In this document: in pieces, positions 26,076-39,733 of the stretch
Position numbering within the stretch: position 1 is the first letter of the stretch
Layout of the letters: each line of letters starts with the position of its first letter
Notes under the pieces: generated by a model
What the model saw: only the letters and a program-made list of their open reading frames with translations
What the model was told of the DNA's origin: nothing
The model's database searches: none
Source: Candidatus Marinacidobacterales bacterium
Lineage (GTDB): Bacteria > Acidobacteriota > Vicinamibacteria > Marinacidobacterales > DATDRI01
NCBI GenBank assembly: GCA_965219415.1
Contig: CBDCNP010000002.1
Location: 4,160,001-4,224,000 of the forward strand
Direction of reading: 5' to 3'
DNA: 64,000 bases
Program-made: the position numbers and the translations under genes

Positions 26076-26926
26076 GTCATAGCTCCTGTCTTCTTGTACG
26101 TGCGAACGGCGAGTATAGCAGATGGTAGTGACGCGCTTGCCGCGGTGCTTCCACCATCACGTGTTGGCGGCCGCCGCATAACCCCGCTGCAACTAGTGGT
26201 GGTGCTTGCTCCGTTTACTGTTGCCGGCTCGTCCACATCGTCGTGTGAGGACGGCATTTATGCACAGTTTTGCGCAAGCTCAAGTCTGGTGACGTTAAAA
26301 TCTGATGTAACCTATTGCACTACAAAGTTTTCCCCTCATGCCCTCCCTCTTGCCGAGGCCGAAAAGAACGGGCGCTCTCGACCCTGCTGGCGGCGCACCC
26401 TGCGGCTTGAGCTCGTTTGTGTCTTTGGACACGACGGGCTCAGCAGTTCCATTGCGACACCTCCTCGTATTCCTCAAGGGTTCGAGTCTCGACCGTCACA
26501 CGCTCCCACAACCCTTGATGGTGTGCTGGGACGGTACTCCAGCCCTGCGAGACTTCCTTCAGGCGATGGGTCGCGACCTAGATCTACCATGAACGCCTGC
26601 TTCGCGCCGAGCGACCCGACGACGTCACCGGCGTCTTATGAACGTGGAAAGGCTCGCTCTTGGCGACGACCGTGTCCAGCGAGTGACCGTTCCCAAAGAG
26701 GGCATCCACGTTGCAGTACTTGTGGTGCTTCCGCCATTAAGTGTTGGTGAGATGACGCTAAGACTTTACGGTGCATTAAATTACAGCCAAAATAGCGTTC
26801 GTGACCTTTGCTTCGCGCTAAATGGAGCGTAAGCGCCTTTTTTGCAAAGGGATGCGTACACATCACCAACAGCAAACAGCGCAAGCACCGGCCTATTTCA
26901 AAAGGGCCGAGTTTTGGCACAGGACG

Positions 26927-27436
26927 GGATCGAGACCAGACCTACGGAGCGTACTTCGATACTCGCGTCGACGGCCTCGGGATAGAGCAGGTCCTTACCG
27001 CACCGCGCTCCCCGTGGCAGAATCCATTTGTCGAAAGGATGATCGGCTCCATTCGACGTGAGTGTCTCGACCACGTGATCGTCCTTGATGAGCAGCACCT
27101 GAGGCGAATCCTACGCGAATACGTCGACTACTATCATTCGTGCCGGACTCATTTGTCGCTTGAGAAGGACGCGCCTGAGCCTCGCCGGGTAGAGTCACCG
27201 GCGATGGGCAAAGTGAGAGCCATTCCAAAGGTCGGTGGTCTCCATCATCATTACACTCGACGCGCTGCTTGAGTCCGATCCGCTCGGAACGGCTGCCGGA
27301 CTTCGCACCAGCTTACACCTCTACCCCTGAGTAGAGCCGACGCCGGCTCTTAAAACGTCCTACATGAAGACGACCAAAGCATTCCGGTTGCAGGAAGTTC
27401 GCCAATCTCATACAGCTCGAGTTTATGGAAGGGACA
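26927..27436 (+). mobile_element. 3' part of an rve transposase with its downstream end
   Basis: RDRD...[21 protein letters not shown]...GGLHHHY, stop at 27272; end GAGTTTATGGAAGGGACA; tail repeated inverted at 32200-32355. Confidence 0.8.
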
Positions 27437-27864
27437 ACCGAGACAACAGCCGGGTCGGCTACAAACTCGACTTCTATCGGGCTGTGTTCGACCGGGCGCA
27501 GCAACTGCGGCGCCGATGTCCAGTGCTCGTGATCGGGGATTTCAACACCGCGCACCGCGAGATCGACCTCGCTCGCCCGAAATCCAATGTCAAGAACAGC
27601 GGGTTCCTCCCCGAGGAGCGGGTCGAGCTCGACCGCTGGCTCGAAGCGGGCTGGGTGGACACCTTTCGCGCCCTGCATCCCGACCAGCCGGACCATTACA
27701 CTTGGTGGCGGCAGTGGAGCGGCGCGCGCGAGCGGAACGTCGGGTGGCGGATCGACTACGTCCTCGCGTCGCCGAGCGCGATGGAACGGTTGAAGGACGC
27801 CTTCATCTGGCCCAACGAGCGGGGCTCCGACCACTGCCCAGTCGGTGTCGACATCGACCTCTAG
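27437..27864 (+). pseudogene. xth: 3' half of exodeoxyribonuclease III
   Basis: GDFNTAH, YTWW, GWRIDY, SDHCPV. Confidence 0.85.
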
Positions 27865-27931
27865 GAAGGCAGTACGGAGAAGCGCGGTAGGGTCGAGGGC
27901 TGGCGCGGTGCTCCGTAGGCGCGGCCTATCT

Positions 27932-28295
27932 CGTTGTGTCCAAAAACACAAACGAACTCAAGATCGGCGCGCCGGGGCCGTTTCGATCGTCATCAACCCG
28001 TGGCGAGCCCCAGATCTGGGGGTCGGAGACGATGTCGGCGATTCGAGTTCCCCGTACGCGCAGGAAACACCGTCCAGCAAGGGGATGCCACGCTCCCGAG
28101 CGGAAACTTGGGTCCAGGCCCGGGCCGCACCTGGACCAGAACGTGCTAGCCCGCTGCGCCGCGGTAGCCCCGGCCTCGATTCTAGGTCCTCTAGAGACGA
28201 GAGCGGGAACCAACGACGAAATCATGCCGGCATGGTGCCGGCAGACCGGAGACTAATCAAGTTCGGTGCGCGCGGATGAATAAATAGAAGGCACA
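27932..28295. mobile_element. Non-autonomous element with C-type and G-type ends
   Basis: CGTTGTGTCCAAAAACAC...GAATAAATAGAAGGCACA. Confidence 0.65.
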
Positions 28296-28485
28296 GGTGT
28301 GCCTTCTTCACATTCGTCATTGTCCGAGCCTGATAATCGACGCTATGGCGCCGGGGTGAACCCGCAACGAATCCAGCTGCAGGCAGTGCTTGGAAAATTC
28401 ATCGATCCGGTTTCGTTCACACCGTATGACTGTGTCTCCGCCTTCCTCCGATAAGCCGCCGCACTGTGCAAGGATCGGGGTGCGG

Positions 28486-28824
28486 TCAGAACAAATTCAT
28501 GGAAGCCTTACGGGAGTTCTGGATCGGGATGAGCTGATCGAAGCCGCTGATCATGAAAACTTCATGGATGTGCTCATGCATGTCGCACAGGACGAGCTTC
28601 CCCTGGGTTGCGCTGAGCTTCTTGGCCGCGATGAGAAGCACCCTCAGGCCGGAACTACTGATGAAGTTCAGACGGCTGAAATCGACGATCAAGCGCTGTT
28701 CGCCTTTGCTGATGTGATCCATGACGATGGATTCGAATGCGCGTGCGTTCGTGCTATCGAGCCGGTCGACCGGCAACAGCACCAAGACGTCGTTGTCTCG
28801 TTCTTCAACAACTTCAATGTTCAT
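28486..28824 (-). CDS. STAS anti-anti-sigma factor
   Basis: FISSSGLRVLL, 112 aa. Confidence 0.9.
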   Translation of the reverse strand: MNIEVVEERDNDVLVLLPVDRLDSTNARAFESIVMDHISKGEQRLIVDFSRLNFISSSGLRVLLIAAKKLSATQGKLVLCDMHEHIHEVFMISGFDQLIPIQNSRKASMNLF

Positions 28825-28872
28825 CGATACGCCTCTTCCTCGGGTCGGGAGCGATTCCCGACGGTGTTATTG

Positions 28873-29298
28873 CTATGCGGGCTTGAGATCGTGCTCCAAG
28901 GTCAAACGGTTCTTGCCCCCCACGAACTCGTAGGAGATGCGGCTGGCGAAGTTCTTGACCAGATGGAGGCCCAAGCCGCCCACGTTACGAGCTTCCAGCG
29001 GCGCCGCGGTGTCCGGGTCTGTGTTGAGGGTCGGGTCGAACGGACTCCCATTGTCCTCCATCGTTAGGATCAGGATATCGCACTTGACCTTCAAGTGGAT
29101 ATCGATCCTGGGATCGACCCCGGCCTCGAAGCTGCCGTGAGTCACGGTGTTCGTGATTAACTCGTCCAGTTCCAGGTTGATGGCGAAAACTTTCAGTGCG
29201 GGCACGTTATTGGCCTCTCCGAAATCTTCAACCATGGTCGCCAGATCGCGGAGCTCGGACAGCCGGACGGGTAGTGTGACACGTAATTCATCAGACAT
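28873..29298 (-). CDS. RsbW-like anti-sigma factor kinase
   Basis: ELITN, DNGSPFDP, GGLGLHLV. Confidence 0.9.
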   Translation of the reverse strand: MSDELRVTLPVRLSELRDLATMVEDFGEANNVPALKVFAINLELDELITNTVTHGSFEAGVDPRIDIHLKVKCDILILTMEDNGSPFDPTLNTDPDTAAPLEARNVGGLGLHLVKNFASRISYEFVGGKNRLTLEHDLKPA

Positions 29299-29395
29299 AG
29301 TGTTGGTTGCTCCTTGACGATTTAAGCCGTTCTAACCTCCACAGCATTCCGCGTGCGATCACGCAGGGAAACGAACCTTCACGATTCCGTGAAGC

Positions 29396-31412
29396 TCAGC
29401 GGCGCCGCAGGACGAGGCAGGTCATGTCGTCGTCGGCCGCGGTGCCGGCCGAGAAGTTTCCGATCCGGTCCCAGACATTGTTCACGATGTGCTCCGGCGA
29501 TTGCCGCGAAGAACCGTCCAGCGTTCCCTCCAGCCGCTCCTTGCCGAACAGCTCGCCGTTGCCGTTCGTGGCGTCGGTGAGGCCGTCGGTATACATGAAC
29601 AGTGTTTCTCCCGGCTGAAGGACCTCATGTCCGCTCAAGTAGTCAAAGTCCTCCAACAAACCCATCGCGAGTCCGCCGGTCAGGGCGAGCGCCCGCCTGG
29701 AGTCGTCGGCGCCTATCACAAATGGGGGCTCGTGCCCGGCGCAGACGTAGTCGACCGCGCCGTTTTCGAGGTTGACCATGGCGAGCATGCAGGTGACGAA
29801 CATACCCATCGGGTTCTGGCTGCACAGACGGCGGTTCGTGTCCTCGGCGATCGCGGCGACCTCGGCGGCAATCGTGGCGATATCGGCGCGCCCGAGGAAA
29901 GCGGACTTGACCGCCGACTGGGACGCCGCCATGAACAGGGCCGCGGCCACCCCCTTGCCCGAGACGTCGCCGATGGTGAAGAACAGCATCCCGTCCGACG
30001 GCCCCACGACATCGACGAAATCGCCACCCACTTGCTTCGCCGGAGTCATCCGCGCGTAGGCGGAGAAGGGGCCCAACTCGGCGCCCCCTTCCCGCACCAA
30101 AGCGTGCTGCACGAGCTTCGCCATCGTCAGATCCCTCTTCCATGGCTTCATGTGCCATGCGCAATTGATGGTTGCTATGTTGCAGCTCCCGGGTCCTTTC
30201 CGAAACCAGCGTCTCGAGCTGTTCCTCGCGGTTGAAGACCTGGACCGTCATGTCGCTGAAGACGCGCGCCAGGCTGCCGATCTCGTCGGATCTGCGCATC
30301 ACCGGTTCCATGACGCCGGAATCGGGTTGTTCTCCGGTTTCCACCTGCCGAGCGGCGTCGGCGATGATTTCGATCGGATGCGTCAGCAATCGCGAGCCGA
30401 AGAGCGCAGCCACGGCGGTGAGACCGAGCAGCGCGAACGCAATCAGGGTTGTGTTTCGCGCTTCGCCGCGCACCGCGAGCGCGATGTCGTCTAGACTGAC
30501 GGCAACGGCCAGGCCGCCGATCAGGATCCCACCGGTGTTGACGATCGGGGATGCGACCACGATGCCGCGGTCATCGGGTGAGAACAGACTCAGACTCGCC
30601 CTGCTGACCACGCTTTCCTGGGCCAGCGCATTTTCCATGATCCCTTCGCCGCGGCGCTCGAAGATCCCCGCCGTGTCGACGATCTCGTCACCGGTTTGCA
30701 TCTCGGCGCGCGGCGCAACCGCGGCCAGCTCACCCTCGAGATTGACGATCCAGAGCGCCTGGAGGTTTCGGGAACGGACCAGGATGTCGGCCTGCTGCTG
30801 GTAGACCGAGTAGAGCAGGTTGCCCGCACTGCTTTCGATGGGCACGCCGACCTGGATCAGGCGCGACGAGTCCCGGCTGGCCCTTGTGACGTACTTGTAG
30901 ACGGTGCCGTCGGAGGCGCGCGGCGATGTCGGGTGCTCGGCCACCGGCTCCAACCCGTCCAGCAGGGCGCCGAGGTCCTCGAAATGCGGCGTGTCGGCCA
31001 GAGACCGGTCCGCCCCGCCGGGAGGGAAATTGGAATAGATTGTGCCGCGCCTGGAGTCGACGATGCGAATCTCTCCGATGGTGGTGGTGTCGACGATGCG
31101 CCGCAGCCGGAGGTCGATCTCTTCGGTCGTCCACTCGGCCGCCTCCGCGGTGGAAATAAAGTAATCCAGAATCGTGGTCTGCACGGTCATGTGCTGGCCC
31201 AGGATACCTTCGATCACGGCCGAGACGTCAGGTCGCTGCGAGGCATAGACATTCCTCAGGAGCTCCTGATCGCCGAACACCAGAGCATCCCCGACTTGCA
31301 CGATCCTCGGCTGGTCGACGCCGCCGACGCCGACGTACTTGAAAACCTGTTGGTCGATCTCCCGCACCTGCGCCGGCTGCGTGATGAAGTCATCGCCGTC
31401 GAGGGGCGCCAT
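29396..31412 (-). pseudogene. HAMP + PP2C/SpoIIE phosphatase, frameshifted near 30135, N-terminus probably missing
   Basis: DEIGSLARVF HAMP; VGGDF, GDVSGKG, TDGLTD, DDMT in the shifted frame. Confidence 0.8.
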
Positions 31413-31439
31413 TGCCGAGCGTGTAAGCTCCGGCCGGTT

Positions 31440-31843
31440 GATTCAGCGCAGTGATTCTCTCGGGCTTCGTGGTCATGTCGATCGACGAGGCAACTGAATC
31501 ACCGCAGGCATTAGTAGCTAATACGAGCGCGCACGTGCATCTCCCGGGCGTGATCGTCATGTCGAGGTTGTTCGTAGCGAACGTCCAATCGACGATCGCC
31601 TCGATATCGCCGGTGGCGCTGGTGTTGGAACTCGATGAACTCGACGAAATCGCACTGTACGCCAGTCTGAAAGGCCGTAAGCATGGTCCCGATCTGGAAG
31701 CTGCCTTCCGCAATAACGGTACTAACTCGGGCAGGCGGTCCCGTAGGACTTGAGCCGCTTGAACCGCCGTCCCCGCAGCCTACAAGCGGGAGCCATGCCA
31801 GGAATACCGCAATCACAGGAAGGGCTTTGCGGCGCGGCATACT
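31440..31843 (-). CDS. Small lipoprotein-like hypothetical, probably frameshifted
   Basis: Lipobox-like LVGC followed by a G/S/P linker. Confidence 0.35.
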
Positions 31844-32355
31844 GAACCCCTTTTCTTCAGTCTTGGTGTCTCTACGGGAGCGTCTTTGCGAAGTCAATGA
31901 CATCGGGTTTTCCTTTCTGCAGAGCGGTAAGTAGCCCGGCTAGAACTTGATCCGGATACCGCCTCCTACCCGAAATCCACCAGCATCGACGGCGAGGATG
32001 CGTACCTAATCTCTTGGAAAAAGAATGGCGCTTCTCCGCGTCCACGTGATGGTATCAGATCAAGCGGCGACCTCGCCTCGAGCAAGAACGTCGGCGAGGT
32101 GCTGGTAACCATCGATGCGTCGTAGTCTGATCTGACCCGAGGCAACGAGACCAAACAAGAGCACGACCGCCGACGCCTCGGTCGTGAACGACGCCTGGGT
32201 GTCCCTTCCATAAACTTGAGCTGCATGAGATTGGCAAACTGCCTGCAACCAGGACGGCTTTGGTCGTCTTCATGTAGGACGTTTTGAGAGCCGGCGTCGG
32301 CTCTACTCAGGGGTAGAGGTGTAAGCTGGTGCAAAGTCCAGCAGCCGTCCCGAGC

Positions 32356-33665
<1,310 letters not shown>

Positions 33666-33668
<3 letters not shown>

Positions 33669-33947
33669 GGGCGACCCTGTGCCATTGCCAAGAGGAGGCG
33701 TGGGTAGCATCGCCCAGCTAATGCACCGCTCGGCATCCTCAAGCCAACTTGCCGAATCGGGATCCTTAAGCAGGGGTAGTCCAAGCTTGACCAGACAACA
33801 AGGCAAGTCCAACTCCTCCGATAGCTCCGTCCCCAACCAGCGCACGCCCTTTGCTGCGCCCTCAATCGTCCAGGCTGTCACGCACTGAACCATGACCCGG
33901 TGCTCGGGTCCCTGGATGAGCCACCCCACTGCGCCGACCCAAGTGTT
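33666..33947 (-). repeat. Diverged inverted copy of the 3' end of ORF 40835-41476
   Basis: Matches 41195-41476; same peptide GWLIQGPEHRVMVQC... Confidence 0.85.
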
Positions 33948-34974
33948 GGATCGGTGCGGGTACCACGGCGTACCGGGACCCCGGCGTCCTGTGCCAAAAC
34001 TTGATCCACTGGCAACATTACAAGCGAACAGTCGATGCGGGCGTGGACGGTGGGGCCCGCGACAACCATGGAGCAGAGCTAGGCCCTTGGCCCGGTCGCA
34101 AACACAGACACTAAGCTGCTGATTTATGGTCTATTTCAAAAGGGCCGAGTTTTGGGGATGTGTCCCGAGGTCCGTGGAAAAAGAACAGCGCCCTCCACTC
34201 CGTCAGGGTATCAGATTAGGCGGCAACCTCCGCGTGTTCGAGAACCTCGCTCAGACGTTGGTAGCCGTCGATGCGTCGTAGTTGAATCTGGCCAGAGGCG
34301 ATAAGCCCAAACAGCAAAGCAACCGCCTGACGGCGCCTATGACCAGGTGCCGATCGCCCGCTCCACGTCGCGCGAACCAAGCCTAGACACCTCTCATCCG
34401 AAACGTCCCGACGCACCGGTCTTGAGTTCGTTTGTGTTTTTGGACACGACGCGGTAGTAGGCTTATCGATCATGGGTTGAACTTCCTGTTCTGCCAAGCC
34501 GGATGGTGCGTAAGCCTCTCTGTTAAAAGGTCATAACGCTGGTCTCATTATGAGGTAGGCTGTAACTTGAGTGGCACACCTTCGACGGCCTGATCCTACT
34601 GATGTTGCTGGACGAACTCGTTCGGCGTCAACTCCGCCGGAGTGGTCGGCCTTGATACTTGTATTCCAGAACGTGGAATGGTTGATAAATGGGTCTTCCT
34701 CTGCTCCTGATGTGTCACCGTGACCCTGCTCTCCGTCTTCTGCAGCACGCTTCCACTGTGTGTGATTTCTCCGCGGCTGATTCGTGTGCTGGGTTCGGAG
34801 GGCGAGTCAGTGCCCGCACTGTTGAAGTGGGTTCGGTTGTTTCGACGCCGGTTCGTCAGCGTTGGTCGAAAGCAGTTTACGATTCCCAATACCGGGTGTG
34901 CTCCGCAAAAAGTCGATCCAGCGGTACGCGATCTCTTTTTTGCGGATCACAGGTGGTTTCCGCGCACCGACCGG

Positions 34975-35209
34975 GTAGCGAGCGTGTCGACCGAATCGAG
35001 CTCAGACCAAGGGCAAGGACGAGCGAATGGTGGGCTACATCAAGCACCACTTTTTCGTTCGCTATCGAGAGTTCGTCAGCTGGCAACATCTGAACCAACT
35101 TGCCGAAAGCTGGCTTCGGGAGGAGGCGGACCGTCGAGTCCATGGGACGGTGAAAGAGGTGGTGGCGGAGCGATTCGCAAAGGAGCAACCTCATCTGAGG
35201 CCGCTTCCC
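34975..35209 (+). pseudogene. IS21 IstA fragment
   Basis: CRPNRAQTKGKDERMVGYIK...RRVHGT; cut at the C-type end at 35210. Confidence 0.8.
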
Positions 35210-35393
35210 CGTCGTGTCCAAAAATACAAACGAACTCTAAGACCCACGCGCCGGCCCGTCGCCGAGTTCATCTATCATTATCATGGAGAGCTCAGCCATC
35301 AAAGGCTTGGCAACGCGTTTGTGTTTTTGGACACGACGGGACCGGTCTATTTCAAAAGGGCCGAGTTTTGGCACAGGACGGGGAGCTTAAAAG

Positions 35394-36383
35394 ATGTTCG
35401 GACCCTATGTCCATAATGTCGATCCGATCATTGCCGAAGTGGGCGGCGTCTATCTCTGGTGGTATGGGCTTAGCTATTCGCTGGGATTCCTGCATTTGCA
35501 TCTGTTTCTGCGCCGCCACAGGCTTCGGCTCGGACTCACTTCCAGAGACGTATACACCCTCACTCTTTTCATCGTGGTGGGCGTTTTGGTTGGGGCGCGT
35601 CTCATCGAAGTCGCATTCGACGAGTGGCCCTTCTACAGCGCGCACCCTACCCTCATTCCGGCATACTGGCTTGGGGGCCTGGCGTCTCACGGGGTCCTTC
35701 TCGGAGCGACTGTAGCCGTCACCTCCTTCGCCTTGCTCTATCGAAAGGACCTGCTCGCGCTGTTCGATGCAGTCGTGATCCCCGGTTCGTTTCTGATGGG
35801 AATGGGAAGGATCGGGAACTTCATCGACGGCCAGATCGTGGGTGCTCTCACCGATGTGCCGTGGGGCGTGCGGTTTCCCGACGCAGTTGGAATCCGGCAT
35901 CCGGTGGTTCTCTATGACGGCATCAAGAATCTTCTGCTGGTGCCTTTCCTCCTCCGTGTTCGAAAGATGAACCCAACGCCGGGGGCAACCGCAGCTCGTT
36001 TCGTCTTCTGGTATGCGTTCTTGCGTGTATTCATTGATCTGTTTCGCGACTATCCGACTCACCGTCTGGCTCTCGGGACCGGGCAGACCCTGAACCTCAT
36101 CATGGTGTCGATCGGTGTCGTTTTTTTGATCCGATCGCGCATTCGGCGTCTGGGTCGGCTGCGAAGTGGTGTCAGAGAGGCACTGGAGGTGGAAGCCCCG
36201 CCTGAAAAAGCGCCATTCGTGTTACAGAGAATCGTACTCGTTGTTTTACTGGTGTGCTGTCTGACGTTGCCCAGCAACTGGACACAGAACATACCGGAAC
36301 GATACGGGAAGCGACACGCCGGACTCGAACACTCGTGGCTCTACCCAGACATCAACACGTCGGCGCCGACCGATGAACCCTAG
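35394..36383 (+). CDS. lgt: Prolipoprotein diacylglyceryl transferase
   Basis: WYGLSY, GARL, GGLASHG, GRIGNFIDG, RHPVVLY. Confidence 0.88.
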   Translation: MFGPYVHNVDPIIAEVGGVYLWWYGLSYSLGFLHLHLFLRRHRLRLGLTSRDVYTLTLFIVVGVLVGARLIEVAFDEWPFYSAHPTLIPAYWLGGLASHGVLLGATVAVTSFALLYRKDLLALFDAVVIPGSFLMGMGRIGNFIDGQIVGALTDVPWGVRFPDAVGIRHPVVLYDGIKNLLLVPFLLRVRKMNPTPGATAARFVFWYAFLRVFIDLFRDYPTHRLALGTGQTLNLIMVSIGVVFLIRSRIRRLGRLRSGVREALEVEAPPEKAPFVLQRIVLVVLLVCCLTLPSNWTQNIPERYGKRHAGLEHSWLYPDINTSAPTDEP

Positions 36384-36460
36384 AGGGGAGTCGCCGACAA
36401 CGACGACTGGTGGTTTTGAGCGAGGTGTGACAGGTTGACTAAGCCTCGGAGGAAAAGACC

Positions 36461-37051
36461 GTGAGCAATCGAACCGTGACGCAGCTGGGCGCCATCGTGC
36501 TGATGGCGTCGTCGATAGTGCCCCTATCGGCGAAAACCCAGACGGTAAAGGGAAACACATACGCGGACACGGCAGGGGTAGGTGTCCGGACTCTCATGTT
36601 GATCGGTGCCGGACTTCGTGAGCGGTGGTGGCTTGACGTCTACACGATGGGCGCGTATGCCGAGAACCGCACCTGCGATCCGCAGATGCTGATCTCGATG
36701 GATGGGGCAAAATCCCTCCGTATCGATCTGCTCCGCGACGTCGACGCGAAGAATATGGCCGACGCGCTCGAAGACGCTCTCGATAAGAACTTGCCGCCCG
36801 GCGGCTCCCCCGGTATCCGATCTCAGATCGATACCGTCCTAGGCTATTTTGAAAAGGACCTGGAGAAGGGGAACAGCATGGAGTTGACCTACGTTCCCGG
36901 CGTGGGTACGGCGCTAATGCAGAACCGGGAGCAGCAGGGAGCCGCGATGCCGGGCAGGGGGTTTGCCGACGTCCTGTGGGCTTCCTATTTCAGTTCCGAA
37001 ACTTGCTGTTCGGGGCTCAAGAAGCAGATTCTCGACCATTGTTCCCAGTGA
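36461..37051 (+). CDS. Secreted chalcone-isomerase-like protein
   Basis: Signal peptide; GAGLRERWWLDVY. Confidence 0.75.
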   Translation: MSNRTVTQLGAIVLMASSIVPLSAKTQTVKGNTYADTAGVGVRTLMLIGAGLRERWWLDVYTMGAYAENRTCDPQMLISMDGAKSLRIDLLRDVDAKNMADALEDALDKNLPPGGSPGIRSQIDTVLGYFEKDLEKGNSMELTYVPGVGTALMQNREQQGAAMPGRGFADVLWASYFSSETCCSGLKKQILDHCSQ

Positions 37052-37206
37052 GAGGTTCGCAGGAGGATGGATGTCTTCACGACCAGGCAAGTCGAGGAGC
37101 TTCGCAATGAGCTGTTAGCGGCGACTGTAAATTGCACATTTGTGGCGGACGACAATTGCACACTCGGCACCCCGTCCTGTGCCAAAACTCGGCCCTTTTG
37201 AAATAG

Positions 37207-38464
37207 TGAAGTGACCCCGCTTTCGTGGACAGGTTAAGAGTTAGGGATCAAGCGTCGCGATAGTACCTCCTTTCGAATTGGATAGGCGAGCAATAGTCGA
37301 TGGCGGAGTGTCGTCGTCGCGGGTTGTACCAGCCTTCGATGAAATCGAAGGTCGCCATGCGCGCCTCAGCGTGGTAGCGAAACGACCGGCGCTCGATCAG
37401 CTCGCACTCGAGCGTCGCGAAGAAGCTCTCGCACATCGCATTGTCGTAACAGTCCCCGACCGAACCCATCGACGGTCGCACCCCGGCCTCCCGGCATCGC
37501 TGGCCGAACGCTAGTGACGTGTACTGCGTGCCCTGGTCCGAGTGATGGATGACGTCGCCGGGCTTGCGTTGGAACAGCGCCATGTCGAGGGCGCTCAAGA
37601 CGAGCGACGTCCGCAGGTGGGTAGCCATTGCCCATCCGACGATGCGTCGGCTGAAGGCGTCCAGCACGACGGCGAGGAACAAGAAGCCCGACCACGTGGG
37701 CACGTAGGTGATATCGGCGACCCACAGGCGGTCGGGCCGGTCCACCTCGAAATTCCTGTCGACGAGATCGGGGGCGGGACGGGCGTCGTCACAGCGAATC
37801 GTAGTGTGCGCCCTCTTGCGCCGGTGAACACCTTGAATGCCAGCCTCGCGCATCAGCCGCGCTACACGCTTGCGTGAGACGTGGAGCTCGTGTGTCTCTC
37901 GTAGCTCGTGGAGGATCCTCGGCGCGCCGTACGTGCTCCGCGACGCGGTGTGAATCGCCCGGATCTTCTCAAGCAACTCCGCATCCGACACCGCGCGGGC
38001 CGACGGGGCACGCTCAAGCCACGCATAGTAGCCGCTGGCGGAGACGTCCAGCAGTCGGCACATCGTGGCAACCGGTAGTGAATCCTGGTTCGCCCTCACG
38101 AATCGGAAGGCTTCGGTGGTACCGACTCGGTCTCCCGAGCGAACCAGGCCGCGGCTTTTGAGAGGATCTCCCGCTCCAACCGTAGTTGACGGTTCTCCCG
38201 TCGCAGGCGGCGGAGCTCCGCACGCTCCTCACTCGTCAGACCGTCCTGCCTGCGACCCTCGTCGAGATCCGCCTGGTTCACCCAGTTCCGGATCGTCTGG
38301 CCCGAGGGCTCAAACTCTCGCGCCAGCTCTTCGGAGCCGCGGCCAGCTCGCACCAGCTCTACCATTTGGCGCCGGAACTCGGCCGCGTATCTGTTTCCCT
38401 GCTTTGACATCGTGGACTCCTGTCTCCCAAAGGATTAGGTGTCCACGAAAGCGGGTCAAGTCCA
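37207..38464 (-). mobile_element. IS3-family element, copy 2
   Basis: Near identical to 20248-21505 (two substitutions seen); 3-bp duplication TAG. Confidence 0.95.
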
Positions 38465-38662
38465 TAGGCCATAAATCAGCAACTTAGTGTCTGTGTTTGC
38501 GACCGGGCCAAGGGCCGTGGGCTTTACAATCGTCTTGGGCGGGCGGGTCGTCACCATGCAGATGACCACCTAGTCGAGAGCGAATATCGAAGCATGTTCC
38601 TGAAGCGGTTTCCACGCTACGCCGGTCGAGCCCGCCGAGGGGCTACCGTCGCCGGCGACCAT

Positions 38663-39733
38663 CTACGCGGCACGGCAGTAGTAGTTGAGAATGCCCCCAA
38701 GTCGCTCTCGCGACACGATGGGGCCAGCGCTATTCGCGCTTGCCGGCAGAGGAGTGAGGAGCTCGTTGCCGAGACCTTGGTGGTTCCGTTCGGTGTGATA
38801 GTGCACGACGTATTCGCTTACCGCTGTGCGCAGGTGTCGCTCACTGAGAGGTACGAAGCGGTCGAGACACTCTCGACGTATGGAGAGAACGAATCTTTCC
38901 GCGTATGCGTTCAGATTCGGACTATTGGCGGGAAGGCGCAGGGGCTTCACGCCTGAATCTCTCAACAGCCCACGTACCGCCTCGGTGAATAGCGGGTCCC
39001 GGTCGTGGATGAGGTATCGCTTGCCAAGGAGGAAACCATCCCACAGGTCAGTGAGGTTTCTTGCCACCTGCTTCATCCACTCCCCGTTGGGGTCCGACGT
39101 TATCCCACCGATGCACACACAGCGAGTGGCGATATCGATGACAAACAGGACATGGTAGCGGACGAGCCCGAACGGGTTCACAACCTCGACGGTGAACAGG
39201 TCTGTCGCAGCGATGGCGCCCCAATGAGCCTTGATGAAGGTGCTCCACGACATGCTCTTGCCCCGCTCCGGGGCAGGTGCGATACCGTGGTCGGCGAGGA
39301 TCCTCTTGATGGTGTTGCGTCCGAGTTCATGTCCTAGGTTCTTGAGTGCGCCTCGCAGGCGCGTATATCCCCACGTCGGGTTCTCCTGCGCCACGCGCAC
39401 AATGAGCTCACGGATGTCCTTCGCCGTCGGAGGTCGGCCTGGGCTCCGGTTCTTGCTGCCATCGTACTTGGCTGCGATGAGGCAGCGGTACCAACGCACA
39501 AGCGTAGCGGGTGTGGCAACGGACGCAATCTGGGCCAGCGCCTCGCGGCCCAAAGCCTGGGCCTTGACCGCGAGCCTGCGCCGCTCGTCGTCCGAGAGAC
39601 TGAGACGCTTGCCCCGAAGCCCGGCTCGGAGCACACGGTTCTCCTCTTGCTGGTAGTCGATCACACCCTGCTGCTGGCGGTTGACCCAGCCAGCTAGAAC
39701 GAGCAGTAGGAATTGCACGTGGTACGTCATCAT
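38663..39733 (-). CDS. Integrase-core (rve) DDE transposase
   Basis: [35 protein letters not shown]. Confidence 0.9.
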   Translation of the reverse strand: MMTYHVQFLLLVLAGWVNRQQQGVIDYQQEENRVLRAGLRGKRLSLSDDERRRLAVKAQALGREALAQIASVATPATLVRWYRCLIAAKYDGSKNRSPGRPPTAKDIRELIVRVAQENPTWGYTRLRGALKNLGHELGRNTIKRILADHGIAPAPERGKSMSWSTFIKAHWGAIAATDLFTVEVVNPFGLVRYHVLFVIDIATRCVCIGGITSDPNGEWMKQVARNLTDLWDGFLLGKRYLIHDRDPLFTEAVRGLLRDSGVKPLRLPANSPNLNAYAERFVLSIRRECLDRFVPLSERHLRTAVSEYVVHYHTERNHQGLGNELLTPLPASANSAGPIVSRERLGGILNYYCRAA

